In this document: piece after piece, positions 36,885 through 50,099 of the stretch | Layout of the letters: each line of letters begins with the position of its first letter | How positions within the stretch are numbered: position 1 is the first letter of the stretch | From: Spongospora subterranea f. sp. subterranea | Taxonomy: Eukaryota | DNA: 64,000 bases | Assembly: GCA_049724395.1 (NCBI GenBank) | Contig: JAUGWO010000112.1 | Span: 124,001 to 188,000 of the forward strand | Direction of reading: 5' to 3' | Notes under the pieces: model-generated | Database searches by the model: none | Told to the model about the DNA's origin: nothing | Seen by the model: only the letters and a program-made list of their open reading frames with translations | Position numbers and translations under genes: made by a program

Positions 36885-37603
36885 TGCGTAATCGAGGCCT
36901 GTAGCTGAACGGGATTGGTCAAAAGCGAGATTAGAAGCTGACAAAATAACCGTGTGCTTGACCAAGTGCTAAATCGTGAAGATCAGATCGGTTGCAGTTA
37001 TGAGACATTCGCGTGGAGCCCGCCAGGCGGAAGGCGGCGGCCTGGGAAACTCCGTCCGGACTTTCATCAATTCGAATATCGGCCTTGAGTCACTAGGCAA
37101 GGTCACTCAATGGCGCGCATTTCCACACTAGTTTTTCGATCCTCCTCGGTTCTCCAAGCGTTGATAGGGTCGTCCGCTGGGATCTCCATCTTGATAAGGG
37201 GGCCGAGGTACCCGAGTGCGATGCAGCCTTGATGATAACTGAAATGATAGACTGCACTATTTCAAAAATGTTTTTTATAGGATGCCCGTAATTCATAAAA
37301 CTATCTCTGCAATAGGTCATTGCTTTCGTTTTAAATTTATTATTTGCGTCTAGACTATGGGCAATCGCTCGGGGCAACACAATTGCCTCAGGGATAAGGA
37401 ATTATTTTGTTTCGAGCCCTTCTGGCACCTTACTCTATGGATGTGAAAGCTTGCCGACACAGAATCTTCATTGATTTCACGTTAATTCGGCTAGTTGAGT
37501 TTAACTCAACAAGTTCGTGAATAAACATGTGTTAAATGTGAAGATTATTTGATTGCATTGGGATAATTTTCTCGGTTAATTGAGTTGTTCCTTTAAAAAC
37601 CCG

Positions 37604-40538
37604 CTATTGGTCAAGTACACCATCGATGGTGGGAAAATGGGTGAAAACATCTTCCAATAGATGGACACCATGACCGATATCGTCCACACCGCACATCTCC
37701 CGGATTGAATGCATTGCCAGCTGGGGACAGCCGATGTCAATCGTGCGCATTCCTACAAAACCTCTCAGTACCCATAACGGCAATTCATAAGGTAATCGTA
37801 ATCAATCTCAACATTGAAGCATCTAACTTTTCTCTATTGTGTGTTTGAGCGTTGGTTAAAAATAAAACGATGGATATTCATGTCGTCTTTTGAAGCAAGA
37901 TGTGAACAATTTCCAGTGATTTAAAAAAACTGTATCCGCAACTTCGTGAGAATTAAATGTTCACATTTTATAAACTCAACAACAACAGTGTTAGTCACTA
38001 ACCTGTTTTAGCAGCAAGAATAGGTCCAACGGTAGATCCACACCCTGTGTCGTTCCGCACGACAAAGTGCTGTAATGGGATCGATCGCTGCTTCGCAATC
38101 TGCTTCATTATAAACGACGTCTCGCTATTGGTCGCATACCTGACAACATGATGACTAAGACTTTATGCTAAACTGGATACGAAAATATATGGAATCCACA
38201 AATTGACATATTGGTACTTGCAGAATTCGCCCACCTTTGTTTAGCGTTGAATTTCAGTACAACACCGCCGTGAATAGCAGGCCTGTGCCTTGCCTCATGC
38301 TTATCGCTGTAATTTGGATGACCTATCCATGTTTAAATTTTGGTTAGAAGTAACTTGAAAGCACTTAATTAACGCAACAAAGGAAAACCGATAGATGACC
38401 TCAAACTTTCAATACCGAAGATTTGGTGAACGAGTACAGCGACAAAAACTACTACGTACATGCATGGGCCATGTCTGCAGACACTAGAAACGATTTGGCA
38501 ATTGCGGCCTCCATCTTAACGCCACGTGTCAGGCGATTGATTATGCTTGGCATCATGTTGGAGGCGGCACCCTGGGCAGATTCAGATCCAATCTCTTCAT
38601 GGTCGAACAAAGCCACAATTCGCATGTTCCTGATGCATAAGGATGAAGGCATCGAATTGCACGAAATTAAGAACCGTTACGTGTCGGCAGCCAACGTGGC
38701 CTCAGAGTTGATTAGACCCTGAACGCAGCAAGAACGACATGCCCAAATTATCGAGACGAGGCGAGAACACAAACCTGTTTTAGCATGTCAATCTCGCATA
38801 GTCAAAACGAACTGGTAAAGATCCCGAAAGTATGTAAGGAATGATGAAAACAGTCAACGACGAAACGAGCAGAGAACGAAGAACACCTTCGAGACACAAT
38901 AATGTGATGGGGTTGGAAAGCAAACGTCCATGGTCAGAGTCACAGTTTGTGCAAGCTCAGCCCGCTCCCTACCTTGTAGCTGGCTGAGATTGAAATTAAA
39001 ACACCAAATAAGCAAGCAATTACATTAACAAAATAGTCATGAACCCCTAAAATGTATGGCGTACTCTTCGAAGGCGCCTCCAAGACAGGGCGGTTGGCAG
39101 TCGTACAACGAAAGCTCAAAGTCCCGTATTTGGTCTGGGCGACAATCGAGCTCACGTGCTAGTAAATCCATCAGAACGGGGCTATGCTGCTGTTCGGACT
39201 GCTTTGATTGAAAATATAGAAAGGGGCAAACAATGAACAATCAACACAAACAGAAGCTAGACTTAGCCACCTTGATGCTGGGAGGGTTCGGCCTATAGAA
39301 TTCATGTCAAATTGACGGTCCCTGATTAGGAAGGTTTGGATGATTTACATCGGAACTACTTTTCACTGGACAATTCAATGCCGCTTTTGCCTAAGGAAAG
39401 CTAAAGCGAGAGATGGAATGTAGACTTATGCTGCTGATACCTCGCTGGCAATAATCGGAACCATGTTCGTCTCTGAAACGGAAAGTCAATAGCTGGGTTT
39501 ATTTTCGAAACCAAAGCTGGACTGGCATACAGCATCAAGCAAATACTAGTAATAAAGTTTAAAGTGGGCGATAACGAATAAAGCAGCAAATTCACGACTT
39601 CAACGACCAGCACTGGCTTTTCAAAAACGGTAATAAATAAAAGAAGTTAAAAAAAGGGGCGAAGATTGAACAATAAAGAAGAACGGAGGCGCACCATAAT
39701 TGGGTTTGAATCCTTCAGTATCGATATTGCGGTTGAGGTGGATGGCCAAATTAGGAATGGTGAGAATGGGGCGACCAATATTGACCAGGCGTTTATGAAA
39801 CTGGTCATTGATGTCATCGGCCACGATGACACGCCCCGCTAAGGACAGGTCGCGGTCGAACCAGGTATTCCATAAGCCCCCACCGTATGTTTCAACTCCA
39901 ACCTATCAGCGAGGACATATTAGCAACACAGTATAATGCATGAAAATTACAAACCTGAACAACACCGGTGGAACTGATGTTCGATATCGGTTTCACACGT
40001 AAAACAGGCCTGAAAAACAACACATTATTGGACAGCCGTTGATGTCTTGTGTTGAAGTGTCTGTTTTGAAAAGGTGTAAACAACGAAATTACCATGCTTC
40101 AACGACGATATAATTTATGGCCTTTTATAGGCGATCAGAACAGCACATGTCTGAGGAACCACAATCGACAAAAAAATCTGGCATGAAACAACATTGGGCA
40201 ATGATAAATATTACGAATCGGTATGTGCTGCTGCTATAGTCATGCCATTTCCTGGAACATATCGACCACCTATAGCGACAGCAAACACGGTTGTCTGGTT
40301 TCGGGTAAAGAAGAACTTGTCATTCGGTCCCAGATTAGTCCAATCGGCATCATTGCGTTCACTGATCTTCTTATATCCATTTGCCAGCAGTAATTTCGAC
40401 ACCGTATCGACTACCTGACCATCAGGACATGTTTCTGGACGCAATGCACTATCATTTACCTGTATGGAAAGGGGACGGTGAGGCCTGGACAAATTCGATG
40501 AGCTGTTTGGCGTAATTGGTAGGCTTTCCAGCTGACAT
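37604..40538 (-). CDS. DNPEP: Aspartyl aminopeptidase (peptidase M18), many exons
   Basis: [70 protein letters not shown] and [12 protein letters not shown]. Confidence 0.95.
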
Positions 40539-41158
40539 TGTCGCTAAGATTGAAAATTAAATTGCGAGCGGTTCTACGGGGACACACGAGATGGGCTGCG
40601 AGGGCCACATCACCACATGACACCGTCCGATTGGTACACCACTATGTGACAGAGATTGGTTGATGGCAGGCGACAGAGGGGCTGATTAACAGGTTGTCCA
40701 TATGGAATGGAACAATCTATTCCTTGGTGTGCTCACAATCGTGGAGCGGATTAACAACGCTGCGAGACAAGAACTCTTAGACTGAAATGTTTATGCTTGC
40801 CTGCCTTTTGTAAGCTCTATTTTTTAGGGATATGAGAATAGCTTGATATCCACAACATGATTCTCTTTCGAGTCATCATATTGTTTACCAGCTAAACAGG
40901 ATAAAACTACTGCAGGACTAATTAAAAAAGTACATCTTGGTTCAAACTTCAATGATCATTGAGTGTAAATTCCTTTTTTCTCCCTAGGGAACCGAGTTTG
41001 AATATTGATACTGAGTAATCTCAGTATGTGTCAGTGTTTAGTGTTGGGTGACTTTCGTGCAAATTTGTAGACCGTTGACGTGAAATCGGATCAAGTTTAC
41101 GATAACATGAACCAAATTGACTTTGGTTTCGTACTGTAAAGTTGAGGGCGGGTGTTCG

Positions 41159-42044
41159 TCAGTGACAATTCCCATGGCCCGATTCTATCGTGTTCAAACA
41201 CGAATAGCAAAAACTCTTGAGACATTTGGCGCATTGAACTGTATTGCAACCACCCTCTTTCTGGATCCAGATACCACAGCTTGGGCATTCTTTACAACCG
41301 TTTGCATTCTAAATGACAGAACAAGCTATTGATTGAACCATGCATCATAAAACTCGTTCAAATCGCTAAACCCTTTTACACCGATTTAACTCAATCTTAC
41401 CCACGGTAAAAAAATCGGTTGAACAATCCCCGGCCGAAATGGGAACAAAATCTGTTCGGAACAACAAAGGGAGGGGTTCACCTTCCAAACAACGCACAGT
41501 CGTTCATCATCATCAGAATCGCGTTGGTTGCTGTTTGTAGACGGAACATGCACGAACTTCTTGTGAACCTTGTCACGCAAAGCTTGAAGGTGGGAGTCGC
41601 CTTTACATAATTCAGATATAAAAGATTCGGGCATTAGCGAGCCGCAGACGCCTGGGCAATTGAAGGTGACGTAGTCAGACATGAACTTTGAGGTCACGTA
41701 TCTGAGGGCAAGATTTTCAACGTTCATCATTGATAGCCAATTCAACATTGTCTGAACAATAATCCGAATGATAATAGCGGTCGGCAAAAGAAAAACATCA
41801 CTGAGATGGAGCAAAAACGTTGATAATTTTGTTTAACCAGTTCGCATTTGTTGACAGCGTTAGGATTCGAAAGGCATAAATCGAAACAACGAATGAAAGT
41901 GAATGGATGGATGTTTTCAGTGCATGGAACGTACGCTTTTAGGCATGGACGACAATACAGGTTATAATTGCCACAACATTCACGGTTGATCAGTGCTGTC
42001 CCCGATTGAAAACTCAGGCAAATAGAGCAACGTCTAGCGACCAT
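41159..42044 (-). CDS. Compact RBR (RING-between-RING) E3 ubiquitin ligase-like protein
   Basis: N-terminal CSIC...CC...YCRPCLKAY...IRCFDLC (RING1-like), a partial IBR (NCPGVC), and last exon KECPSCGIWIQKEGGCNTVQCAKCLKSFCYSC (RING2/Rcat). Confidence 0.7.
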
Positions 42045-42390
42045 TGTCTACACTTTTATCCACCAATATATCAAATAAGGACTAAATCAGAGTTTGTTTG
42101 ATGAATTGGAAATTAAGAGGTGCGGATCAGCTAACCGGCCGGATTCGTGAACGCTGGTTTTGGCCGAAAAAAATTCATGACAGTTACCAACAGTGCAGTC
42201 AACTAAGCAGTCAACTAGCCAAGCCTTTTTTTAGAGTCAATAATTTCCACTCTAAACAGAGAAGCGACAAACATTTTTGCCGCGAAAGTAGACACGCCAA
42301 GTTCTGAAAAAAATCAGAACAAACCGAGGCATGAGGGCGGGAAATGGAAGAGCAACTAGAAAATTGCTGCGAGAATTTTATATATGAAAA

Positions 42391-42897
42391 TCATTTGCGT
42401 GCGTCAATGGCGTCTTCAAGAGTCTGCTGGTCAGCACCAACGACCAGATCGACAACGGCCCCGTCCTTGATCAGTTGGAAAGATGGCACAGCTATGGGGA
42501 AAGGCAGTTAATGTAAAATCAGCGAAAATATAAAATCAATACAGCTTATAGATGCCTCTGCAGCGTGTTCAGATGCATTCTCGATGTTGATTTTGATGAA
42601 ATCGGCATCGGCATCGTATTTGTTGGAAAGAGCTTCGTATGTAGGCTCGAACCTTTTGCACGGGCCGCACCAATCTGCATAGTAATCTCTGTGGACAACG
42701 GAATCAATCATTTAATAAAGTGATTGAAGAAAATGGAACGGGAACAAAAATGCAAAGGTGAAAATTTTAGCCTACACGACTAGGAGACGTCCTTTCGGAG
42801 CTGATTTTATCAGTTTGTCCAACGCTTTGTCATCAGATGCGATAACAACGGAAAACAAACGACGACCCGCAGCCCGCAACAAGAAACCTGAACCCAT
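42391..42897 (-). CDS. Thioredoxin with probable mitochondrial presequence, 3 exons
   Basis: MGSGFLLRAAGRRLFS presequence-like start, DYYADWCGPCK active site, and AVPSFQLIKDG...VVGAD. Confidence 0.92.
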
Positions 42898-43366
42898 TAT
42901 ATTCACACTGTGGCGTTGGTTTTGTCAATAATTAGCCGCCCCTAGATTGCGTAGTGTAGAGATTGATCATCTGGCCGCATTGGGAGAGGTGAAAACAAGG
43001 TTCCTTCCCCCTTATCCAATGTCGCATTATGGCGAATGGTTCAATTGCATCACAGCCAATCCAGTACTACTGCTGTTGTCGGAAAATGAATTACTCCTAA
43101 CAACATTGATATCATGTACAAGGAAAATGGGGAATCATTATAATTGGTGAATTGATTGAGATCGTTTATTTTTAGTGATACAGGAAACACAGCAACCGAT
43201 GACCATGATAATTGCCGCTATTCCCCCTACGATTGTCGATAGTCGATAGTCATTTACCGCAATTTTTCACATTCTCAGAGATTTGTACGATAATATTCCG
43301 TGCGCAGTTTAAACACCGGCGATTAAATTCTTGATTCAGAGATCTGTTTGACAGTTCAAACTCGCA

Positions 43367-43879
43367 ATGTCTAGATCGTGGGTTCGACAACTGTCCACTG
43401 CATTGAACTCGCGATTTGCTCAGAGAACTAGGAAGACATGGGCTGTTCCCAACATTGCTAACACAAGAAGGGGATTCACTTCATTCTCTGCTGGACTTGG
43501 GTTTATTTCAGGTGCCACTTTTACATTAGCGACTGTTCAGGTACCAGGGGAATCCAGTAATGTAGAACCATCCATAACCGATAACATATCTGAAGAAGAT
43601 ACCAAAAAAATGCTGGATATGATGATTGAGGATTCAAAATGTCCTGAATGTGCTAGGGCCGCATTGAAAGGTCCCTGCGGAATGGCGCTGATGATGTTGT
43701 TAATGTGCTACAGCAAAGGCGAAGACAAGGACAACCTGGAACGGTGCGCGCTGACGTTCGGTCCAGATCTTACTCAGTGTATGGAGGCCCATCGCGATTA
43801 TTATGGCGATCCTGAAGCTAAAGTTGACACCGGTGACCGATCTTCTGAATCAGAGGAAGTAATAAATCAAAGAAATTGA
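43367..43879 (+). CDS. Mitochondrial twin-Cys (GCK-domain / MIA40-like CHCH) protein, intronless
   Basis: Arg/Ser-rich presequence, apolar segment, acidic linker, then CPEC...GPCG(x)C...C(x10)CMEAHRDYY. Confidence 0.7.
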   Translation: MSRSWVRQLSTALNSRFAQRTRKTWAVPNIANTRRGFTSFSAGLGFISGATFTLATVQVPGESSNVEPSITDNISEEDTKKMLDMMIEDSKCPECARAALKGPCGMALMMLLMCYSKGEDKDNLERCALTFGPDLTQCMEAHRDYYGDPEAKVDTGDRSSESEEVINQRN

Positions 43880-44193
43880 CCATGGACCAAGGCGTAGCTT
43901 CGAGTAAAGAGTTCGAAACCCAGCCCAACTGGGATTTTTACCAAAAACTTGTTCCCAGACACAAAAAATGGGCCCAACAAGGCAATGTCATGACAACAAT
44001 CCTTTTCGTCACACATTTCTTGAAATCTATAGCGAAATACGGTATTATGGAATAAGATATTTGGTGATGAGGGTCAGGGAGGCCGATATTGTAGTGTACT
44101 TACAGCCTACGACCATAACCGTATGTCCTAAATACCCGTTAGTACCGCAGCGGTCAATCATGATATGATCGCGGCACTGCAGGTGGTAGGGTG

Positions 44194-46658
44194 ATGGGGA
44201 CCAATAGGCGGCGTGTTATAGCGGGGGAAACCACTCCTGCTATTCATGAATGCATGACGCCACGCCGTTCGGTTCAGCCCGTTGGGTTGATTACTTTCAC
44301 AGCGCTTGACGACGTCATCGCTTATCTCCGACATCGCCGCCGTAATACTCGAGCCGTCTACGTCACTGACAATCCCTTCCTATCCCGAATTCCACAAGCT
44401 TCTCGTGTCCTTTCATATCAAAGGTTTCTCGATGCAGTTGCAGATGTCGATAGTCTAGATACAATTAGTCTCCAGGTATATTTAGATTACCAATTCATTC
44501 ATCACATCGTTCGTCATGCAATGTTTAACGCTGTGTCTGCCGCATTGCGAATTTTTTTGTGACTTTTTTATTTAGCGGGCGTTCATTACGGATGAGTTTA
44601 TCAGTGAACTTTGCAAGTACTGGCTTGACGGGAAGTTTCCGAACTTGTCGCAACTCAATTTAAACTACAATTTGATCTCGGACGACGGGTTTGTGACTCT
44701 GGCCGAATGTGTGGCTGAATTGCCTACGAGCAGTCCTCCCTTGAAATTATGGGCAGTCAGTCAACTACGACCCACGACATCGGCTAGCGATGAAGCCATG
44801 CTTAATGCGCTGCGAAAGAACCCCCGCATTGTTCAAATGAATATCAACTGGAGAAAAGGGTCATGCGCTGACGAAGCCAACGACATCATTAATGAAAGTC
44901 GGGTCAGAATGTGGCTCATATTAGTGTTGAATCTCTGACATTATTCTCTCGTTTAGGGCAAACCCACTTCAATGCCGGTCTGGATAATTTAAAATCTGCG
45001 CTGCTGGAAATTCAATCTCAGACGCCGAATTTAAAAGTATTTCGTCTAGCTGACAACCCCGCGTTATCGAACATAATGTCCCATGCCGGTAGCGATGCAG
45101 ATGAAGAAGAGCCGTTTGACATCATGCCAACGCTGTCGCTTTTAGCAAAGAATACTCATTTAAACACCTTGGAATTACCGGGTATCGCTAATTTGCCTTG
45201 ACTGGGATGATTTGTTATTAATCTGCTCGCTGGCAAACTAGGCAACGGTCTCGATACAGTCTTTGTTAACTTCTTCTTTAATTCCGTGGTAGACGATGGC
45301 GCGTTTCGATCTGTGCGACACTTGAACTTGGAGAATAACCGATTCAATATTAGCGATATATCGGCCATTGTGTCTCTTGTTGGTACGTGCTCGTTTTTCC
45401 GCCGCGGACTGAAGTAATGAGTTCGTATTACAGATGTGCATCATGCGTTTGCAGGAGAAGCGAATCCTTGTGCGCTAATCCCCTTCGAATCGCTCCGTCT
45501 TTCGGGCCAAGAGGTTTGGCACTTTTTGCGAATGTTTTGGACAAATTTTAATTCTTTGTAGGGCATGACTGATACTGATGAAATTGAAATGAACCGAGAT
45601 TCTATTCTTTCAAAGTTCATTTATAATCAGTCATTGACGGATTTGACCCTCGATATTAGCGAGAACGCCATGCAAGAACTTCGTCTTTATCTCGAACGAA
45701 ATGAAAAGAAGGGTAGATGTCGTGTGTCCGTTTGCTGTATCAACCAGATAGGAAGCCCTAGCGCGTCACAAATTAGAAGGCAATCATCGATGGTAAAATT
45801 CTCAGGATCGGCCGACAAAGAAAATATCCTTGCGTCGCCCACACCCAAGTATTCTAAGTTCTCACCATATATTCTGCACGACTAACACTGTTCAACAGGG
45901 CACGGTTTCTTTTCTCTCCACAATCCCCAATGGAAAAGCAGTCTAGTAATGTTGACACTATCGATGATGTAATGGCAATGGTTGCTCGTGAATCTCCTTT
46001 AATTGAAGAGTTAGTGGCACGAGTTTGTCCCGTAATTTGCTCTCATGTGGCATAGCTTCACCATAGCGAATAGCGGATTTCTCTGTTGTTTACATCATAC
46101 GGATGCTATCAAGTTCACCCGTGGTCTTATATCATTACTAGCATATAACGTCCAACTTCATACGATTGCTTTGACAAACTGTGGAGTCCGCGATTCCTTT
46201 GTGTTAGTTCGATCCTTAATATTTCGTGTGTTTGCTCACTCGATTGTGACAGGGACGCATTGATATCATCCAGAGAAGCTGAAAACTTTCCAAATCTTTA
46301 CGTTTTGGATTTCACGCGAAATTCGCTATCCGATGATGGAGTGATAAGGCTGTTAGAAAGCCCATTGTTTCACCTGAAAGTCATTCGGCTTCGTCATCGA
46401 AGGTACCTCATTGTTGCTGTCTGCTACAGTATTATTGATCACTTGTTGTAGTAATTCATGTTCAGTTTATACTGGTACCCTAGTTCTAAGCTGTCTCAAA
46501 AAACAGCACCGCGGGCAACTCAGAGTATGCTTTGTCACAATATCTCTGATTCGTTTCTGCCAGCTGATTAGCGGTGACAGGTGTTCGAGTTTGATTTTGA
46601 TAATGCTGCACTACAAGAAAGAGCTGATATAATTATTAAGAAATTAGCCTTAAAGTAG
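44194..46658 (+). CDS. RNI-like / tropomodulin-type leucine-rich repeat protein, multi-exon
   Basis: Repeated LxxLxLxxN motifs (LSQLNLNYNLISDDG, LKVFRLADN, VRHLNLENNRF, LHTIALTNCGV, LYVLDFTRNSLSDDG) across GT-AG-joined exons. Confidence 0.7.
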
Positions 46659-47099
46659 TGTTGCCAAGATTTCAATGATTCTACTGTACAATATTATTTT
46701 TCATAGTATTACTAAACTAATTCCTTTCAATCTCATTTATATACAATAAAATGATTCCCTAGCAATTACAGCAATGGATGGTGAAGAGCAGGATTGGAAA
46801 TTATTGTAAGTTGATTCGACCTGTTGACATCACGATGGTGTAGCAGTGTGGCGACACAGTTTGAATGTAAACTCTATCAAAGGAGCAGTAATTGGTCAGT
46901 GTTCCGTCAATAAGGGAGCAGATCAAATCCCAGCAGGTGAACGGTGTTGGACGCCACGCCCGATCAATCTACCAGAGTCTTCGGTCGATATTCATCTTAT
47001 AGCATTCAGCATTACCAATTAAATCGGAATATGAACAACTCATATTGCACATGACGATAACCGTGCACCTTGTCCAACGCTGCTTTTTGTGACAGACGG

Positions 47100-47420
47100 A
47101 TCCATGGTTTACTTCAACATATTATCTGGTGTCGGAGAAAAATGCCAGAGCGGTCCTCCAATGATTTATTCGGGACGTCAGACCACAGACAAAGCTGCGC
47201 TCAAACTATAAAATCGATGACTGCATTATGTAAGACGTGACATAATCAACTTCTCGCAGATTTGTGTTATACTGTTCACTGATTTTCTGTCGATTTATTC
47301 GAACAATCAAAGCGCAATTCGATAACCTCAACCTATAGAAGCTGTTTGCAGAGAACAGACACCGTCTACCACGAAGGCTCGCGTACACATATTGGCAATC
47401 CTGCGTTGATTAAAGTCAAT
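47100..47420 (+). mobile_element. Possible copia RNase H relic
   Basis: SIYSNNQSAIR resembles copia IYCDNQSAI; flanking sequence is too decayed to confirm. Confidence 0.3.
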
Positions 47421-48595
47421 ATGGCAGGATATGCGGCTGACGATCTATTTCACTCAAATCGAACTTAGATGATAATACTTTCACACAGTCGTTCAAATCA
47501 CGAACTTGAATAGGCCAGTTTATCTCAAAGTTTCCGATCTTCTCAGCGCACACGATCGATGGTGTGATCTTATTGCATCTTGGACCTTGACACGGGGACT
47601 ACGTTGGCGAGTGCTTGCGTTTGCGAGTGTGCTCGAAATTCTGTAATTTTCCCAGCCCAATTACGCTCCGATGACTTTTGTTCAGAAATCCATATCTGCT
47701 ATTGCTCAAATCCTGTATTGACGAGGACAAATCCCCATCGTACTCGTATGATCTCACGTCATTGTCACATTCATTAGTCTTGCCATCAACTTCTAATTGC
47801 ATCTTGGATATGGCAATTTTCGAGGTTCTGGACAAGCGACGCGTAAATGAAGAATACGTGGCCGTTTACGAAATTCGGCTTTTCATGAAAGCTGTTCACA
47901 AACAGAACAGTTTATTGAGAACGTAGTTGGGCAAAAGTTAGATTCGATTCAAAAATGCGGTTGCGAAAGCTATTTCCGAAACCAGATAAGACGCCCTTCC
48001 ACGAACAAACTCCACAGCATCTAAGAGCATCACAACATTTCCCATCTTGGTCTTGGTGCAACTGGATTCGAACAAGGGCATGTTTTACGATCACAGACGG
48101 GCAATTTTCAACGCTGTTATTTGGATTGCACCATCGATGCAGAAGGCGGAAGTAAGTCGGGATCATGAATTGCAGAGGGTTGTTAGAACAAAAAAGTAAA
48201 AAAGTAGCGTCAATTTAAGAAGGAACTTCTATCGCATTTGACACAAACAGACTTTTAACAGAATTCCAAAATTCTAACTTCGTCTATCTATATAATCGTT
48301 GTCCAAGGTCGTTCATAGCATTGCCTGTCGGTCTCGTTTGCAAGACAATTATGGTCGAATATTACGAGTTGACTCTCCGTAAATCGTTGCTAAACGGTCT
48401 CAAACAACAAAAAAAATCGAAAACAATGACCAAAAAGGATCACAATATCTTCTGTCACTAATACTTTTCAATCAGTATATTGACTTAACAACAGCACGAC
48501 TCAGAAATTTCGGCGGTTTGTGTTGTCCCTCATTTCCGTCAAATCTCCTCAATATATAATATGAATTCTGGTGTCCGATTAAAAATAGCTGAACA

Positions 48596-49609
48596 TTAAT
48601 GATAAGGCGGTTGATCATTGCCAGGATATGATCTATATAATGAAGGTGCTCCCGAACCCGAATGATAGGTGCCCGATTGAGCACCGGATCTAGACGGTGG
48701 CGGAGGGCCAGAACCGTATTCAACGTATGATTGCGGCCCTGAGGTTGACGTGTTGTACCTGCCAGGGTAGCGTGGTGGCGCTACATACATGTTGTTCATG
48801 TTATTACTGGAGTGATGCATCTGGCCGGGCCTGGAATATTGTTCGGAATATGGATGACCCTGATGATGTGATGGCATATTCCTGGGATCCATATAATGGT
48901 CTACGTAAGGCGGATGGTCCCCAAAATGCTGTGGTAATCCTGGCCCATGACCATTGCTGATGTTGTCCACAAATGAACGACTGCGCTTGGCCCCTGGTAA
49001 AGGCGGTTCTGGTACAGAAGGGCCCGAACGAGCCTGAGATGCAATACATGCAAATGCTCGCCTGCCGGCAATAATTATCTCTGATGCCAACATAGCGGCT
49101 TCAGCTCCATCCGCATCGGCAAAGGTTACGAATCCGAACCCTGTTGAAAGACTAGATTATATGTCGATGAAAAGATTAAAGCAACAAGACACCAGCCTTT
49201 GCTCTTTTTAGAGAACTTATCGATCATTACAACCGCGTCGACAACGTCTCCATATACGCTAAACGCTTCTTTAAGGTCAGCGTCTGTTGCCGAATAAGCC
49301 AGGCCCCTGACAAAAACCCGTCTGGCTGAAGGCATCGCCCTCAGCTTCGTATACAGATGAGAACATAAGTCGGGAAACTCGCCGACAAGTTCACTAAATC
49401 GCAGAACGACACGTTAGAAGACGTTCCAGCGACAATTGAACGACAAAAAGTAATAGCTAATGAGGTGACATCAATTGGTGAATCACCGACTTGGCGGTTT
49501 CGATTAATTGTTCATGAGTTTGGATCTCCAATAATGTCCGGACAGACGACTGCATTTTTTCCAGTGACGGTGTATTCACATCTTCTCTGGCGCTATCGTC
49601 CTCCGCCAT
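48596..49609 (-). CDS. RRM RNA-binding protein similar to plant UBP1-associated proteins (UBA1/UBA2), with Pro/Gly/Tyr/His-rich low-complexity tail
   Basis: MAEDD...VRTLLEIQTHEQLIETA|NELVGEFPDL...RRVFVRGLAY (RNP2)...KSKG|FGFVTF (RNP1). Confidence 0.8.
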
Positions 49610-50099
49610 CTCTACTTGCCCCTCCGTTGTCACCGGAGACGCCAGACCGGATTACGAGGTGCCACAAATGTCTGGCAGCCCACGATCCCGATTATGAACC
49701 ACAGCAATCAAAGTCCGTACTAAAGTGAGATATATGGGGTGTTGTGAGTTGTAAATATGACGAGAGGTAATAAACCAGATCAGGCTCCCTCCGGCTCCGG
49801 CTCCGCCACCTCTGAGATTATCCAGATCAACGGGCCGCGTCCTCATACACCCACACTCTACTGTTTGATGTACTACACCCTACACTGGCCGTTGTCACAA
49901 AGACCATTGTAATTTATAGATATATTCTAAACGATTACTATTGAGTTCAGAGGGTGTTGCCTAGTGTTCTCCCCAGTCCTCTCCTATTTTCTATTTTTTA
50001 TAATTCCTGGATGTCATTTAAATTTCCTTTAACTCCGTGGTTGCCAAAGATATCTCGAGGTTTTCAAAGAAGAATTGCGACTTGAATCAGCAATCCACT

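Noticed and set aside
43885..43935. tRNA-like A/B boxes (ggcgtagct...gttcgaaaccc)
   Set aside because: Spacing far too short for a cloverleaf; no anticodon arm or acceptor stem.
45824..45832. U12-type donor-like ATATCCTT
   Set aside because: Lies inside an open exon with no U12 branch site or AC acceptor.
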